Source: Nematocida ausubeli
Taxonomy: Eukaryota
NCBI RefSeq assembly: GCF_000738915.1
Contig: NW_026515637.1
Span: 186,001 to 250,000, forward strand
Length of the DNA stretch: 64,000 nt
Direction: 5' to 3'
Both the position numbers and the translations under genes were made by a program. Of this stretch, positions 41,132 to 52,748 are shown in pieces; position 1 is the first letter of the stretch, and each line of letters opens with the position of its first letter. The notes under the pieces were generated by a model. The model was given only the letters and a program-made list of their open reading frames with translations. It was not told the DNA's origin and did not search any database.

Positions 41132-42685
41132 ATGAAAATAATTGCAGTAGTGTGTGCAGTTATTGGCTGTTTGAAAATAGTATCTTGTGATCTTGTAAAG
41201 GAAAGCGGTAAGCCAACATTAGAGAAGGCCCATATCGAAAAGGAAACCCAAGGAGGCGTGCATGTGGGAGAAGACAAAACAGAGTTTAGCACTCATGAGC
41301 ATGAGGATGCGGCACATGATAATGCAGATGTCTCAGAGAGTATGCATGGGTCAACAATAAACAAGCTGCTTGAGGATCTAGCCAGGACAGAAGCAGAGAA
41401 GCGAATCAAGAAGCTAATTAGCTCAGGAAATGTAAAGATGGAAGAGAGCGAGGTGCAGAAAGCAGTCGATGAGATTGCCCAGCAAATACTTGAGGAAGTA
41501 AAGGAAGGGAAAAAAGATGGAAAAGAGACACTCGATGAGACAATGGAGAAGCTCGCCCAAAAGGAAGAGGAAGCAGAGCCTGCAGCAAAGATTGAAGGGG
41601 AGTGCATTCTCTTCTCGCAGATTGAGCTTTCTGCTGAAGTAACCGAGCAGATTAACAGCGGACTGAAGGTTTCTTTCCAGAAGAGCACAGACGAGGAGGC
41701 TGCAAAGGCTCTTGGAGTCACTATGCCAGGTCTATACTACAAGTCAGACGAAGGCGAGTATGTTTTCAACCTCTCAGAGGAGGAGAACACTTCAGAGAAC
41801 ATTGCCACCAAGATATCCAAGTCACAGGACATTGCCCGTGTTCCTGTCTTTGGAGAGCTCTACAGAGAAAACTCACATCTGTACGAGAATCTCTCAGTGC
41901 CTATTGTGTACTTTGTAGCAAAGAAGCCAGACTTTGATAACTACAAGTGGGCTGCCCCAATTGCAGAGTCACTTAAGAGCCACCTCAAGATAGCCATGCT
42001 TGACTACATAACCACAGAGTTCTTCTTGAACATTTCTGGAGTAAACGGATCCATGCTTCCTGCTCTCTTCATCATTGTTCCAAAGGACCAGAGACTACAC
42101 AAGTATCTTCTTACTAACGTAGAGAACGACAAGAGAACTGAGGAGTTCCTGCAGCAGTGCGCATACGACATAAGCAGTGTTGAGCCATACCTCATGGGAG
42201 AGCCAAGGCCCTCTGAGGAAAACATGGCCAATGAGGCAGGTGTTGTAAACATTGTTGCATGCACTTTCAATGAAATTGCACTTAACCCAAAGGTGGACAC
42301 ATTAGTTGTATACTACGCTGAGTGGTGCAGCTTCTGTAAGAACCTTCTTCCTGGACTGGACAAAATAGCTGCTGCTCTGAAGAAAGCTTCAAGCGATGTA
42401 GTCATTAGCAGAATGCTCATGTCCAAGAACGATGTTCCACTGCAGAAGGAGGTTGAGCCAATCCAGGCATACCCAACCATAAGAATATACCAGAAAGAAA
42501 CCAACAAGGAAATTGAGTTTGAGATTCAGGACAAGCCAGCAGATGCAGAGAGCGTTTTGGCATTCCTAAAAGCCCACACAAACATTCCTGCTGATCTGAC
42601 ACTCGAAGACTCTGCTGAGACTGAGAAGAAGGCAGCGCCAACTCCAGAGGCACAGATCCCACAGGAGGTTAAGGTGGACCTATAA
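41132..42685 (+). CDS. PDI: Protein disulfide isomerase family protein
   Basis: Signal peptide, b/b'-like domains, thioredoxin domain LVVYYAEWCSFCKNL..IQAYPTI, C-terminal KVDL. Confidence 0.85.
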   Translation: MKIIAVVCAVIGCLKIVSCDLVKESGKPTLEKAHIEKETQGGVHVGEDKTEFSTHEHEDAAHDNADVSESMHGSTINKLLEDLARTEAEKRIKKLISSGNVKMEESEVQKAVDEIAQQILEEVKEGKKDGKETLDETMEKLAQKEEEAEPAAKIEGECILFSQIELSAEVTEQINSGLKVSFQKSTDEEAAKALGVTMPGLYYKSDEGEYVFNLSEEENTSENIATKISKSQDIARVPVFGELYRENSHLYENLSVPIVYFVAKKPDFDNYKWAAPIAESLKSHLKIAMLDYITTEFFLNISGVNGSMLPALFIIVPKDQRLHKYLLTNVENDKRTEEFLQQCAYDISSVEPYLMGEPRPSEENMANEAGVVNIVACTFNEIALNPKVDTLVVYYAEWCSFCKNLLPGLDKIAAALKKASSDVVISRMLMSKNDVPLQKEVEPIQAYPTIRIYQKETNKEIEFEIQDKPADAESVLAFLKAHTNIPADLTLEDSAETEKKAAPTPEAQIPQEVKVDL

Positions 42686-43060
42686 GTTATTCTCTAATAA
42701 AACACTCTTTGACATATTTTCTATGTATTGCTTATCTCTATATTAATATTTAGCTATGCGATAGAAAAAATGGCTGCTGCGTAGATTAAACACTATTAGG
42801 ATATAAACACATTCTTAATTTGACATGTTTAATTGAAATTTCCACAGAGCTGTCTTTTTATGTGTATATTAAAATATGCAGTCCGTGCTATGCTATAATT
42901 ATTCCACTGCCCATTCAAAAGCACTAAAAATAGCCTTGCTTAGATGAAGCCAGATAAATGGTGTGCCATTACTTATATTCTTTGTGCTTATATAGTAAAG
43001 ATAGCCTAAAGGTTGAGGAATAGATATTCAAAGAATTTATTTGTTATTTAAGTGTTACAT

Positions 43061-44614
43061 CTATGACGTATCTGAGAAGGGAAGCATTTCTATTCCTAGA
43101 ATAGATTCTATCTCTCTGATCTTATATACATCATCTGGAGTAATCATGTTTACAGCTGTTCCTTTGGCACCAAATCTGCCACTTCTGCCGATTCTGTGGA
43201 GATAACTCTCTGTGCTCTGCGGAAGATCAAAATTAATTACGACATTTACACTGGGGACATCGATTCCCCGTGTTACTAAATCTGTGGAAACAAGTATTCT
43301 GCACTCTCCTTTTGACGTAAAGTTATGGAATACCATGTTTCGGTCCTCTTGCTTCATTTTGCTGTGTATGTAGTATGCAGTAAACCCTAGCTCAGTCATT
43401 CTTTTTGCAAGCTTTTCCACAGTCTGGATAGAGTTGCAGAAGATAAAGCACTGGTTCACATCCAGCTTTGCCAGAAGAGTCTTTAAACAGTGCAGCTTGT
43501 TAACCGCCTTTACATATGCATAATATTGCCGTATCCCTGAGAGAGTCAACTCCTTCATGAGATTAATCTTTACTATTTCGGGCATGTACTTATCTATGTA
43601 GTCCTGAATCATTGCAGGGAATGTTGCAGAATACATCTCTATATACCTCTGTTTGTGGAACCTCTCTGTTATCTCGTAGACTACCTCCTTAAAATCCATG
43701 CTCAAAAGCTTGTCAGCCTCATCGCAGATCAAGTGCCTGCATTTATCTAGAACAATAACATTCTGCGAGATAAAATCGAGTACTCTCCCAGGAGTGCCAA
43801 TGATAATGTGGGCCCCTCCCTTCAGACGAATGACATCGTCCTTCGCGCTGACGCCTCCGTACAGCGGGAGTATCTTCAAGCGCAGGAACTCACCAAGCTC
43901 CTTGCAGACCTTTGCTGTTTGCAGCACGAGCTCTCGCGTTGGCACGAGAATAAGTGCCTGCAGAACAAGCTTTTGCGGGTTTATTTTGTTCAGCAGAGGA
44001 ATTGCAAAAGCTGCAGTTTTTCCAGTTCCATTTTTGGCTCGAGCCACAATGTTCTTATTAGCAAGAGAGTGCGGAATAGACGCTGCCTGTATGGGTGACG
44101 GCCAGTTGAATCCCTTCTTCTGGATTCCCAGGAGCACTTCTTTCTTCAGATCATAATCCGTCCACTTTTGGTTCTTGCTTGTTTCTTCATTGTACACATC
44201 TTTTGACCTTTTTTTACCTTCTGGCTCTTTTATTGTCTCTGAAGGCTGGCTGCTTTTGCTATTGCTTGTTTCTTGGACACTGCTGCTTTTCTGTTCTGCT
44301 GAAGAAGCCTTCTCCTTATTTATGGGCTGTTCTACTGCGCTTCCTAGGGATACATCCGTCTTTTCTTTTTCTTGTCCTTTTACTGCATTTACCGAAATAT
44401 CCTCTGTGTTTGTTCTCTGGATCTGCTCAATTTTCCCTAGAAGACTGTCTATTTTCTCTCTAATCTTTATTATTTCTTCTTCTTTTGATGTATCTCGCAT
44501 GGGGAATTCTTTAGCAGGCATCTTGTTTTTCTTCTTACCCTTGGTTTTATCTCTATTTGTTTTTTTGCTATCTATTCTACTCTCTAGCTGTTTTTTCTCT
44601 GCTTCGTTCTTCAT
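43061..44614 (-). CDS. DHH1: DEAD-box RNA helicase DHH1/DDX6
   Basis: PSPIQ, ARAKNGTGKT, LVPTREL, DEADKLLS, YSATFP, INLMKELTL, YLHRIGRSGRFG. Confidence 0.95.
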   Translation of the reverse strand: MKNEAEKKQLESRIDSKKTNRDKTKGKKKNKMPAKEFPMRDTSKEEEIIKIREKIDSLLGKIEQIQRTNTEDISVNAVKGQEKEKTDVSLGSAVEQPINKEKASSAEQKSSSVQETSNSKSSQPSETIKEPEGKKRSKDVYNEETSKNQKWTDYDLKKEVLLGIQKKGFNWPSPIQAASIPHSLANKNIVARAKNGTGKTAAFAIPLLNKINPQKLVLQALILVPTRELVLQTAKVCKELGEFLRLKILPLYGGVSAKDDVIRLKGGAHIIIGTPGRVLDFISQNVIVLDKCRHLICDEADKLLSMDFKEVVYEITERFHKQRYIEMYSATFPAMIQDYIDKYMPEIVKINLMKELTLSGIRQYYAYVKAVNKLHCLKTLLAKLDVNQCFIFCNSIQTVEKLAKRMTELGFTAYYIHSKMKQEDRNMVFHNFTSKGECRILVSTDLVTRGIDVPSVNVVINFDLPQSTESYLHRIGRSGRFGAKGTAVNMITPDDVYKIREIESILGIEMLPFSDTS

Positions 44615-45383
44615 TATAAAAAATATTTCGTGTCTCTTTGAACTATTTCTGATATTTATTAATTATTTAATTAATTAATTGGCATACAGCAGCTGTCACT
44701 ATAAAACTAGCGGTTAGAGCTATCCGCGCAGAAGCAGCCAGCCTTTCTGCTAAATGCCAAAATAAGTAAATGAGCCTATGCGAAATAAACACATTTCTTG
44801 AATGTGCGCATGAATAGCCTAAAACCACATGGATATCTACCTAAATTATTATGAATAGATGCGCAGATATCTAGTAGGTTATAGCAGGCATATCTGCATT
44901 TAAACAAAGTGTCCTAAGCTTAAACAAGGCTGCTGCACAAATAACAAAGTACTTAGGCACAATATACCAAAAACACAATAGACTGTTTTATTGACTTATT
45001 TACTGCTGCTTGCAAGTGCTGAATTGGTTTCTTAGAAAGTGCTACTAGTAATCTTTATTAACATACATTGAAAACTCAAATTTCTTAAATAGTTTTAATT
45101 TTAATTTATCCAGACTGAATATAATTAGTCTACTGCCCAATTTTTTCATGCTTGGTACGGCTTGCTAAGATAATGCATCACATTCAGAATATATTACCAG
45201 ATGCAATTATGCATATGAAATATGCAGTTTTCATAGATAGCAGCTAGGGCACTTACAGCAGTCCAAGCGCATGCATACACATAGCTGTTATGTGCGCTGT
45301 ATATTGCTTGCTCTGGCTGCCAAAATTTGAGTGGTTTTTGTATGAGTCTTTAATACGTATTTCTTCTTGTCTGTGTTTTTATT

Positions 45384-46688
45384 TTAACTAGCTTTGTCTT
45401 CAGGTGTTTCTGGCGGCAGTGTATAATACGGGATTCTTCCTCTGAGCCAGTCATGCAGGACTATTTTGGAAACTGCAGTTATATCAGCTACTCCCCCCTT
45501 AAGCAACCTTCCTGACTGCTTTGCCAGCTTCTCCAAGAACTCCAGGTGGTCATCTCCTGGCTCAATGCCGTATAGGTTATGGATGTGCTTTTTTTCTGCT
45601 TTTTTGAGAAGAGCTTCAACATGGTCCTCGGGTGATGTAATGTTCTCCACTCGAACTACCCCCTTCAGAACTACATCTGTCTCATTCTTGTCTGCTGCTG
45701 GCACGATTCCTGGGCAGTCAATCAGATAGATTCTCTTCATAAGAGAAATGTATTGCCATACCTTTGTCTGGCCAGGGATTGGAGCTACTGTGCAAACAAT
45801 CTTAGATTTGAGCGTGTTGATAATACTGCTCTTCCCTACATTGGGATATCCCACAAACCCTACACTGATCTGCTTCTTGTCTGGATGCAGCTTGGCGAAC
45901 TGCCGCAGCAGATTCAGCAGACTCTGTTTTCCGTAGTTTCTGTCAATTGAGGACGCATGGTAGGCAAGAGTCGGCGTGGTTTTAGAGAGGTATGCTAGCC
46001 ATTTTGCTGTTACTCCCGTGGGGAGAAGGTCGACCTTGTTTAGAAGATAGATCAGATGCTTGTGCTTGTGCTCATTCATGTACCTTTTAATATTCGTGCA
46101 CTCTGTGCCAAGGGGGTCCCTTGCATCAAGAATGTGAATGACCACATCACTTGAGTCAAGCACTTTGTACAGCTCAGCCCAGATTCTTCTGCTCTGCCCC
46201 TTTTGGTAGATTTTGTCCTTTGTGTCTTCCATCTCCTTCTCCTTCTCTTCAACTGTTTTGTCAACAGCCACCTTTGCCTTTTTCGCGAGCTCGTCAATCG
46301 ACTGCACAGAAAGCTTCACCTTCTTTCTGGTGGCCTTCTTTCCAAACGTGTTCTCATATGAGATGATTGGCCGAATTGCCTTTTCTTTGCTTTCTTGGAT
46401 CAAACTCATTGGGACTTTTCCTTGGTCTAGAATCACTTTGTACGCGTCGGTTGCCTGCTCCTCCAAGTCCTTTCTAAAAGCCTCCAGTTCTCTTTGGTCT
46501 GTTGTTCGTGTGGAGGCAAACCATGTCCTTGAGTGCTTTATTCTTCCGGGCGCAGCCACAGGATTCTGGAATATTGCTGCCTTTATTATGTTCCCTGCTG
46601 AGTCCCTGGTGGGCTTGCCCCCCTTCAGCATCTTCCAGTATGCTAGCTTTTCTTTTGTTCTGTAGAAATTTTCTCCCTTTTCTACCAT
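45384..46688 (-). CDS. NOG2: Nucleolar GTPase NOG2/GNL2
   Basis: NGP1NT-like N-terminus, GQSRRIWAELYKVLDSSDV, DARDPLGT, NKVDL, GYPNVGKSS, IYLIDCPG. Confidence 0.95.
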   Translation of the reverse strand: MVEKGENFYRTKEKLAYWKMLKGGKPTRDSAGNIIKAAIFQNPVAAPGRIKHSRTWFASTRTTDQRELEAFRKDLEEQATDAYKVILDQGKVPMSLIQESKEKAIRPIISYENTFGKKATRKKVKLSVQSIDELAKKAKVAVDKTVEEKEKEMEDTKDKIYQKGQSRRIWAELYKVLDSSDVVIHILDARDPLGTECTNIKRYMNEHKHKHLIYLLNKVDLLPTGVTAKWLAYLSKTTPTLAYHASSIDRNYGKQSLLNLLRQFAKLHPDKKQISVGFVGYPNVGKSSIINTLKSKIVCTVAPIPGQTKVWQYISLMKRIYLIDCPGIVPAADKNETDVVLKGVVRVENITSPEDHVEALLKKAEKKHIHNLYGIEPGDDHLEFLEKLAKQSGRLLKGGVADITAVSKIVLHDWLRGRIPYYTLPPETPEDKAS

Positions 46689-46765
46689 TATTATACGTTA
46701 AAATTTTCTTGCAGATTTACATTTTTAGGCCTGCGCTTTAATATTTCCACCTTCTGCAATTTTTT

Positions 46766-48010
46766 ATGGCGCATGTTTTAGTTGAGCATTCAGTTGGATA
46801 CTTACTTGTGCAAGAAAACGGGCTAGACTCAGTTACTTTAAAAGAGATTCTTAAGAACGCAAAGACGCTTGGTGACTTTAAGAAGGCATTTAAACTCTGC
46901 GGGACATTAGTCTATTCAGACCCACAGGACGCCCTTGAGCAATTGGAGGCATCTTCTGAGGGAAGAGTCACACCAAAGCTGAAGGAGTTCCTGCAAATAA
47001 ACGACGTGAAAGTGCTGGCTGCAGATAAAGTGTACGCTCAGGCAATGAAGGACATAGGAATAAAGCTGCTTGACGAGGAGAGCTCGACTGAGTTGATCAG
47101 GGCGCTTAGAAAGAATGCAGACAGTCTGTTTTCTGTTGAGTTCAGCAAAGTGCAGAGGTCCCAAGTGAGTCTGGCACATGCAAACTCCAGAAAGAAAATT
47201 CAGTATGACACAGCAAGAGAGGACCATGCAGTTATGCAGTGCATTTCCATGCTTGATGATATGACAGTGGCCACAAATGACTACTTCATGCGAATTAAGG
47301 AGATGTACTCCTGGCACTTCCCAGAGCTCATCACAATATGCAAGGAGCAGATGCAGTATTTAGAAGCAGTCAATGTGGTAGGTAACAGAAACACCGCAAA
47401 TAGAGAAGAAGTGCTAAAGCTGGAAAATGGCCCAGCCATAGTAGAAGCCATGGATAGCACAATCGGGGGAGATCTTATAGAAGAAGACTTTACCATGATC
47501 ATGGAGCTCTCTGGTGTTGTCATGGAGAAGATCGAGCTATACACGCATGCCATGCAGCACCTAGAGAAGAGGCTCTCTACAGTTGCACCAAATCTAACAG
47601 CACTTGTTGGAAAGATGGTGGCAGCCCGCCTTATCCTCAAAGCAGGAGGACTTAGCAAGCTAGCACTCTGCCCATCCTCAACTATTCAGGTTCTGGGTGC
47701 AGAGAAGGCCCTCTTTAGAGCTATGAAGAGCAAGTCAAAGACCCCTAAGTATGGGCTTATTTTCAACTCGTCCTTTGTAAACTCAACTGCTCCCAGAATG
47801 CGCGGAAGAGTCAGCAGATATCTCAGCTCCAAGTGCGCAATTGCCAGCCGTATTGACTGCTACTCTGACAGAGTAACCGATGCATACGGAGTCGCCATGA
47901 AGACCATGGTTGAGGAGAGAACAAAAGGCAGAAGCACCCACCATATGCCCACAGACACTGTTCTGCAGAAAGTGTCTGAAGCACTCAGCAAGGAGGAGGC
48001 CAGCAACTAA
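46766..48010 (+). CDS. NOP56: Box C/D snoRNP core protein NOP56
   Basis: MRIKEMYSWHFPEL, VAPNLTALVG, PSSTIQVLGAEKALFRA, TPKYGLIF, GRVSRYLSSKCAIASRIDC. Confidence 0.9.
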   Translation: MAHVLVEHSVGYLLVQENGLDSVTLKEILKNAKTLGDFKKAFKLCGTLVYSDPQDALEQLEASSEGRVTPKLKEFLQINDVKVLAADKVYAQAMKDIGIKLLDEESSTELIRALRKNADSLFSVEFSKVQRSQVSLAHANSRKKIQYDTAREDHAVMQCISMLDDMTVATNDYFMRIKEMYSWHFPELITICKEQMQYLEAVNVVGNRNTANREEVLKLENGPAIVEAMDSTIGGDLIEEDFTMIMELSGVVMEKIELYTHAMQHLEKRLSTVAPNLTALVGKMVAARLILKAGGLSKLALCPSSTIQVLGAEKALFRAMKSKSKTPKYGLIFNSSFVNSTAPRMRGRVSRYLSSKCAIASRIDCYSDRVTDAYGVAMKTMVEERTKGRSTHHMPTDTVLQKVSEALSKEEASN

Positions 48011-48532
48011 GCGCGGCCAAAGATTAGAGAAGGGACCACCCCCATATTATACCGGACTGTGTTTCATCCCCACAAATAAATCTGCAACTAATTTAACTGC
48101 CTCCAAACTGTGTGTCTCTTATTTATTCTGGCAGCATTTTCCAAATCGCCTATGAATCTGCTTCCTGCTTTGCTAAGCTTTATATTTTACAGAGCATTCT
48201 TTAAAACACTTCTAGAACTTTCAGAGCGCACAAATCTGTTTCTGCACTATTGGACCAAGACCAAGATATACTGTGCCTCCCTTGATGTGCATCTATTGTG
48301 TATGCACTATATAGTTAGATACTGCACAGATCACAGATGCCAATTAGAACTTGCATATAGAAAACTATTAGCCAAACTCTCTAATATAAAAGAATAAAAA
48401 CCGCAATATACTCAAGACAAATCCTACAACCAGCAGGCCATAAAGAGTCACCACGCAGATAAAGCATCCAATAATGGCTGGATGTTGGCCATACCACCTT
48501 AACAACTATTTCTTAATTACGCACATTTATTT

Positions 48533-49117
48533 TTATACACTGGACGTCTTGACTATTGCTAAGTACTCCTCTGGCGAAAAATCTGGAAACTCTATGAAGA
48601 ACTTCCACCCAGGCCGGATGAAATGCTCGTCGTTTCTCTTTTTCTTGTAGAAATACTTCTTGTTTATCAGCTCCTTCATTGTGTCTTCGTCTCGTTCTAT
48701 CTTTTTCATAGCCCCCAGCACTTTCTCATACTGCAGCTCGCTTCCATTTAGATACAGCACCATGAAAACGTATAGTATCTCAGAGACATGCTCATTGATG
48801 TACATATTCTCCTCCTCAGTGCACTCTTCCTTCTTTGCAATATACACAAAGTCGCACTTCTTTAGGGACTCAGCCTTGTGCGTATAGTTCATGCTATTTT
48901 CATCCGGTAAAAGTGCCTTTCCACTTGCATCCACTCGGGATGTATATCCTGGCACGAGAGCGTACCCCATGGGCTCTAGCTGCTCCGCTATTAAATGCAG
49001 CGAATCCATGCACTCCTTCCGGGTTATCTGAAGAGTTTCTGTGATTTCGGATATCTTTGCATTTCTTCCCTTTCGGAACATATCCAAGATGTGCCACAAG
49101 ACAGTTTGCGCACTCAT
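48533..49117 (-). CDS. MAGE-domain protein, NSE3-like (SMC5/6 subunit)
   Basis: IAEQLEPMGYALV, ILYVFMVLYLNGSEL.YEKVL and ELINKKYF...RPGWKF..EF match the MAGE tandem winged-helix pattern. Confidence 0.6.
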   Translation of the reverse strand: MSAQTVLWHILDMFRKGRNAKISEITETLQITRKECMDSLHLIAEQLEPMGYALVPGYTSRVDASGKALLPDENSMNYTHKAESLKKCDFVYIAKKEECTEEENMYINEHVSEILYVFMVLYLNGSELQYEKVLGAMKKIERDEDTMKELINKKYFYKKKRNDEHFIRPGWKFFIEFPDFSPEEYLAIVKTSSV

Positions 49118-49182
49118 CTAAAAAATTTGTGTGTAATTTCAGTACTTTTATTGGCACCTCCCCAGGCATGGATGATACTCAT

Positions 49183-49848
49183 TCACATAATTCCACAGCA
49201 CTTCTGGTTCTGCTTCTTGCTCAGCCTATATAGACTTTTTGTCTGGAAGGAGAGCTGCTCTGCAGAGTTTATTAAGTCGTGCAACTTCTGCCCTCTTCCT
49301 ATTGCGCTCTCCACAGTCTTAGAGAGCAGATTGTGGACATCGTCAAGCTCATTCTGGATCTGCAGCATTACGTCTTTCTCTTCGTAGTTCTGGTACTCCT
49401 TTATTTGCTGTTTTACAAAGGACTTTAGCTTTGCTTTTTCCTCCTTTATCTTAACTTTCTTCTCCTCTGGGAAAAGCGCCTCGCTGTCTCCAGCCGGATA
49501 CGCCATGTTTGCATCCTGGATGTGCTTTGCAATATCGTCAATGAGAAGACAGAGCGTAGGGATTGGATACTCCAGGAGGGAGGAGATAACAAAAATATAC
49601 TTCCTTCTTTCCCTCACAAAGAACTTATAGCTGTCGCCTTCCTCCATTTTATGCACAAACTCCTGAGACCTGTCTGTCTCTATGTTCTGCACAATTCTAT
49701 TGGAAATAAACCTAATCATTTCTTGAAAGGGGGTTCTTTTGAAGAAGCTGAATGACCCCAGAGAGTATTCCTCCAGGAACAGACTTACTTTCTCGCCCTC
49801 CTTGCTAAAGAGAATAATTGAAAACAAACATGCCTTCTTCTCACTCAT
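49183..49848 (-). CDS. YKT6: Longin R-SNARE YKT6
   Basis: LGSFSFFKR longin motif, IQNELDDV...KTVESAIGRGQKLHDL, C-terminal CCGIM CaaX. Confidence 0.93.
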   Translation of the reverse strand: MSEKKACLFSIILFSKEGEKVSLFLEEYSLGSFSFFKRTPFQEMIRFISNRIVQNIETDRSQEFVHKMEEGDSYKFFVRERRKYIFVISSLLEYPIPTLCLLIDDIAKHIQDANMAYPAGDSEALFPEEKKVKIKEEKAKLKSFVKQQIKEYQNYEEKDVMLQIQNELDDVHNLLSKTVESAIGRGQKLHDLINSAEQLSFQTKSLYRLSKKQNQKCCGIM

Positions 49849-50022
49849 AAAATTTTTTACACTTCGAGCGTTCTGTCGTCTTATGATGCACCCAGAAATG
49901 CGCCATACCGGGCCTTCTTTTTTTTATTGTGCGCAAATCTTCTTGACCTCGTACGATGCCTGCGCTTTTATTAATTTTAGAGCATCTGATTCTTCTATAA
50001 ATGTAAAAGTGTTTTTTTGTTT

Positions 50023-50610
50023 ATGAAGAAAGGATTCGTTTTGGCTTCTGTGCTGTGCCTTGCACTGGGGTATATCCAGGCAATTGCTGTCCAGAAGATA
50101 ATCAGGCCAGGCACTGTGACTGTTCTCTCTGAGAAGATTACACAGGCTGGAATGGGCATAAAGCTGGATGTAACCATAATTGAAGGACATGACATCCAAA
50201 TTTCTTCCGGCATGAAGAATAATCTCTCTGCTCCTGTTGAGCTAGTGAGCAGCTTCCAGAAAAACATTGAGGCCAAGAGCCCAGGGGAGTTTGAGCTGAG
50301 AATCACAAATAGCAGCGACAACTATGCCAATATATCAGTGTCCATCTATGTGGACAAGGCACATGAGGATAAGGACGAAGCAGAGGTCCTTAGAAAGCTT
50401 TTGGATAAAGTCCGGGTTGACCTTATGAACATCTACAATGACATTCTAAAGCTTAAAACTGCAAACACATCCAGCCTTTTAAAGACAAAGTCTGCGAAAA
50501 ACACGTTGTGGATAGTTTGCATTTTCCCTCTTCTGTACATTTTCCTCAGCTACTGGAGACTCCAGTCAATTAAAAGCTTCTTCAGCACAAAGAAGAGAAA
50601 TAAGATATAA
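50023..50610 (+). CDS. p24/emp24 (GOLD) cargo receptor
   Basis: Signal peptide, GOLD-like domain, coiled coil, TM, tail LQSIKSFFSTKK. Confidence 0.8.
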   Translation: MKKGFVLASVLCLALGYIQAIAVQKIIRPGTVTVLSEKITQAGMGIKLDVTIIEGHDIQISSGMKNNLSAPVELVSSFQKNIEAKSPGEFELRITNSSDNYANISVSIYVDKAHEDKDEAEVLRKLLDKVRVDLMNIYNDILKLKTANTSSLLKTKSAKNTLWIVCIFPLLYIFLSYWRLQSIKSFFSTKKRNKI

Positions 50611-50643
50611 GAAATAAACAGCTCGTGTTTTTTATTTTAATTT

Positions 50644-50937
50644 ATGAGTGTAGAGAACAAAAGGAGATCGGAAATTATAAAAAGACAGGCTGCTATCCGA
50701 AAGAAGGAGACAGAGCCATCCAAACTTGAGAAGCTGGTGCAGGCCTTTACACACTGCAAAAAGGAAATTTTCCATGTAAAGCAGTTCTTGAAGAGATCTA
50801 AAAAACCCAACCAAGGAGAGTACCTGCAGATGCTGGCTGCCCACACAAAAGGAGTTCTTTTATTGGGGTTCCTAGGATACATCATCACGTTTATACATAT
50901 CCCCATTAACAACATTCTATTTGGCATAAAGAAGTGA
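50644..50937 (+). CDS. SSS1: Sec61 gamma subunit (SSS1)
   Basis: FLKRSKKPNQGEY...GVLLLGFLGYIITFIHIPINNIL. Confidence 0.9.
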   Translation: MSVENKRRSEIIKRQAAIRKKETEPSKLEKLVQAFTHCKKEIFHVKQFLKRSKKPNQGEYLQMLAAHTKGVLLLGFLGYIITFIHIPINNILFGIKK

Positions 50938-52632
50938 ATAAAAGATAAAAGGAGTATTAGCATATGTACTTTGCATCTTCGGCGTGTGCTGGCTATTACC
51001 TAATAAAGATACGTGTGCTTATTCTATGTCTTTCTATTGGTGCTTTTATTTAATAAAGGCAATTTAAGACAGGTTGTTCTCCAACATTGTGTATGTAATA
51101 TAGTTATTTTTAATTAACTTATATTGAAGTATAATTAATTTCATTAAAAAGAGTAAGCATGCACTATATCCTATTGCGGGGTTTAGTGCACTAGGCTTAT
51201 TAGAGACAGCACGCCTGCTGCATCTGTTTATTATCCCAATAACCTGTTGGCCGAAAGCACATCCCTTAATATCCTTTGCAATTAGCACTATTTAACAAAG
51301 AATCTTAGCACTAGAATATATCACGCGTAGAAACAATATAGTTCGCATAAATACAGCCCATAGAATGCTTCATAAGCTATTCCTGCAGTAGTATAGACAA
51401 GCCACATAGGTGCATATATTAAATAGCATGCAAGTAGAAGCAACATATGGCCATTTAGTATGCTTTTCTTAGGAAAAGAAGCTTTCTGTGCACTAAATAG
51501 GAGTTTTTGTTGCCTGTTTTGCGTAGCATAAGTCACAGATACTATCTAGCTACATGCCATGCTAGTTCTATTCTGTTGTAAAGCATAGCTAGTTTTCCTA
51601 TTTTTAGCCTCTTTAATTAACTTGCTCTTGTAATTATCAGCTACTTTTTCTTTTCTTTATTACTCTTCTGTATACACTAGAATTTTTCTACACTCTTCTT
51701 TTTTTCACTATTCAATGCGTATGGATATGTGTTCTTTGGTGGTAATCTCAGATTTGTGCACCAAATGCTTTGTCCCTTCTATAATGTACTATATCCCAGC
51801 AACAGCTAATTATAGTAGCCTATCCTTTTAATATTGTTTTATGATTCTAAGCTTTCCTTCTATCTTTGCAGCCTGCACATATTATATATAGGAGCATGTG
51901 TGGTATAGATGCCCTCAAAACTTCTTTAAATGGATCTCTTTGATCAGTATATACATGTTTTTATAATCTATGGCTATATAGTAAACTAGCACTCAACAGG
52001 CTATTACACAGATACATCTGCAGTTTATTAATAGAATTAAAGCATATTTAGTCTTTCTTTAGTCCAGTCCATGCTCTTTGCATCTGGGTATGTGCAGTTT
52101 TTATTCTTAGGTGTCTACAAGAAAATAAAGTGTATATATGTAAGGGTGTTAGAATATTTTTAGTTTGAAGTGGTTGATACAAAAATATAGAAGAGAGAAC
52201 AGGAAAATCAAAAAACAGACAAGAATTAAAGACCCACTTGCGCACAGGCATCTAGATATAAGCAAAGAATATATAGTGCAAGAGAGAAAAACAGCTCTAG
52301 AGCGAACCAAACTGCCTCACCGCACATGTGTACAGACGCGCTCTTGCACAGAAAGTTGGGCATATTGAAGCGCACTGCAGTGTTACTGGACTCCTAGAGA
52401 GACAGAAAGTAGGCTTTAGTAGCAGTTAAGTAATAAGACACAAATATTTTCTTGCACAGTATAAAAACTTGCCTGTTCTCTATATATAGCCATATGTTTA
52501 TGAAGAAAGGCATATACTATTCAGAGAGGATTTAAGCCACTAGCTTATAGAGCCAAATGACTAGCAGGTTAAAGCTACTCATACATATAGAGTCTCTGGA
52601 CATTGTAAGTGCAAGTGTGAAAAAGGACAAAA

Positions 52633-52748
52633 AGTGCAGCACTCTGTGTTCCCACGCGGTCTCCCATCGCAGTACTATCAAAGCTGTCACGCGCTTAACT
52701 TCAGAGATCGAACGGGTTCTGGTGTGTACGCAGGCATATGGCCGCACG
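52633..52748 (-). rRNA. 5S ribosomal RNA
   Basis: The reverse complement reads GTGCGGCCATA...CCCGTTCGATCTCTGAAGTTAAGC...AGTACTGCGATGGGAGACCGCGTGGGAA...GCTGCAC, followed by a TTTTT Pol III terminator. Confidence 0.95.
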
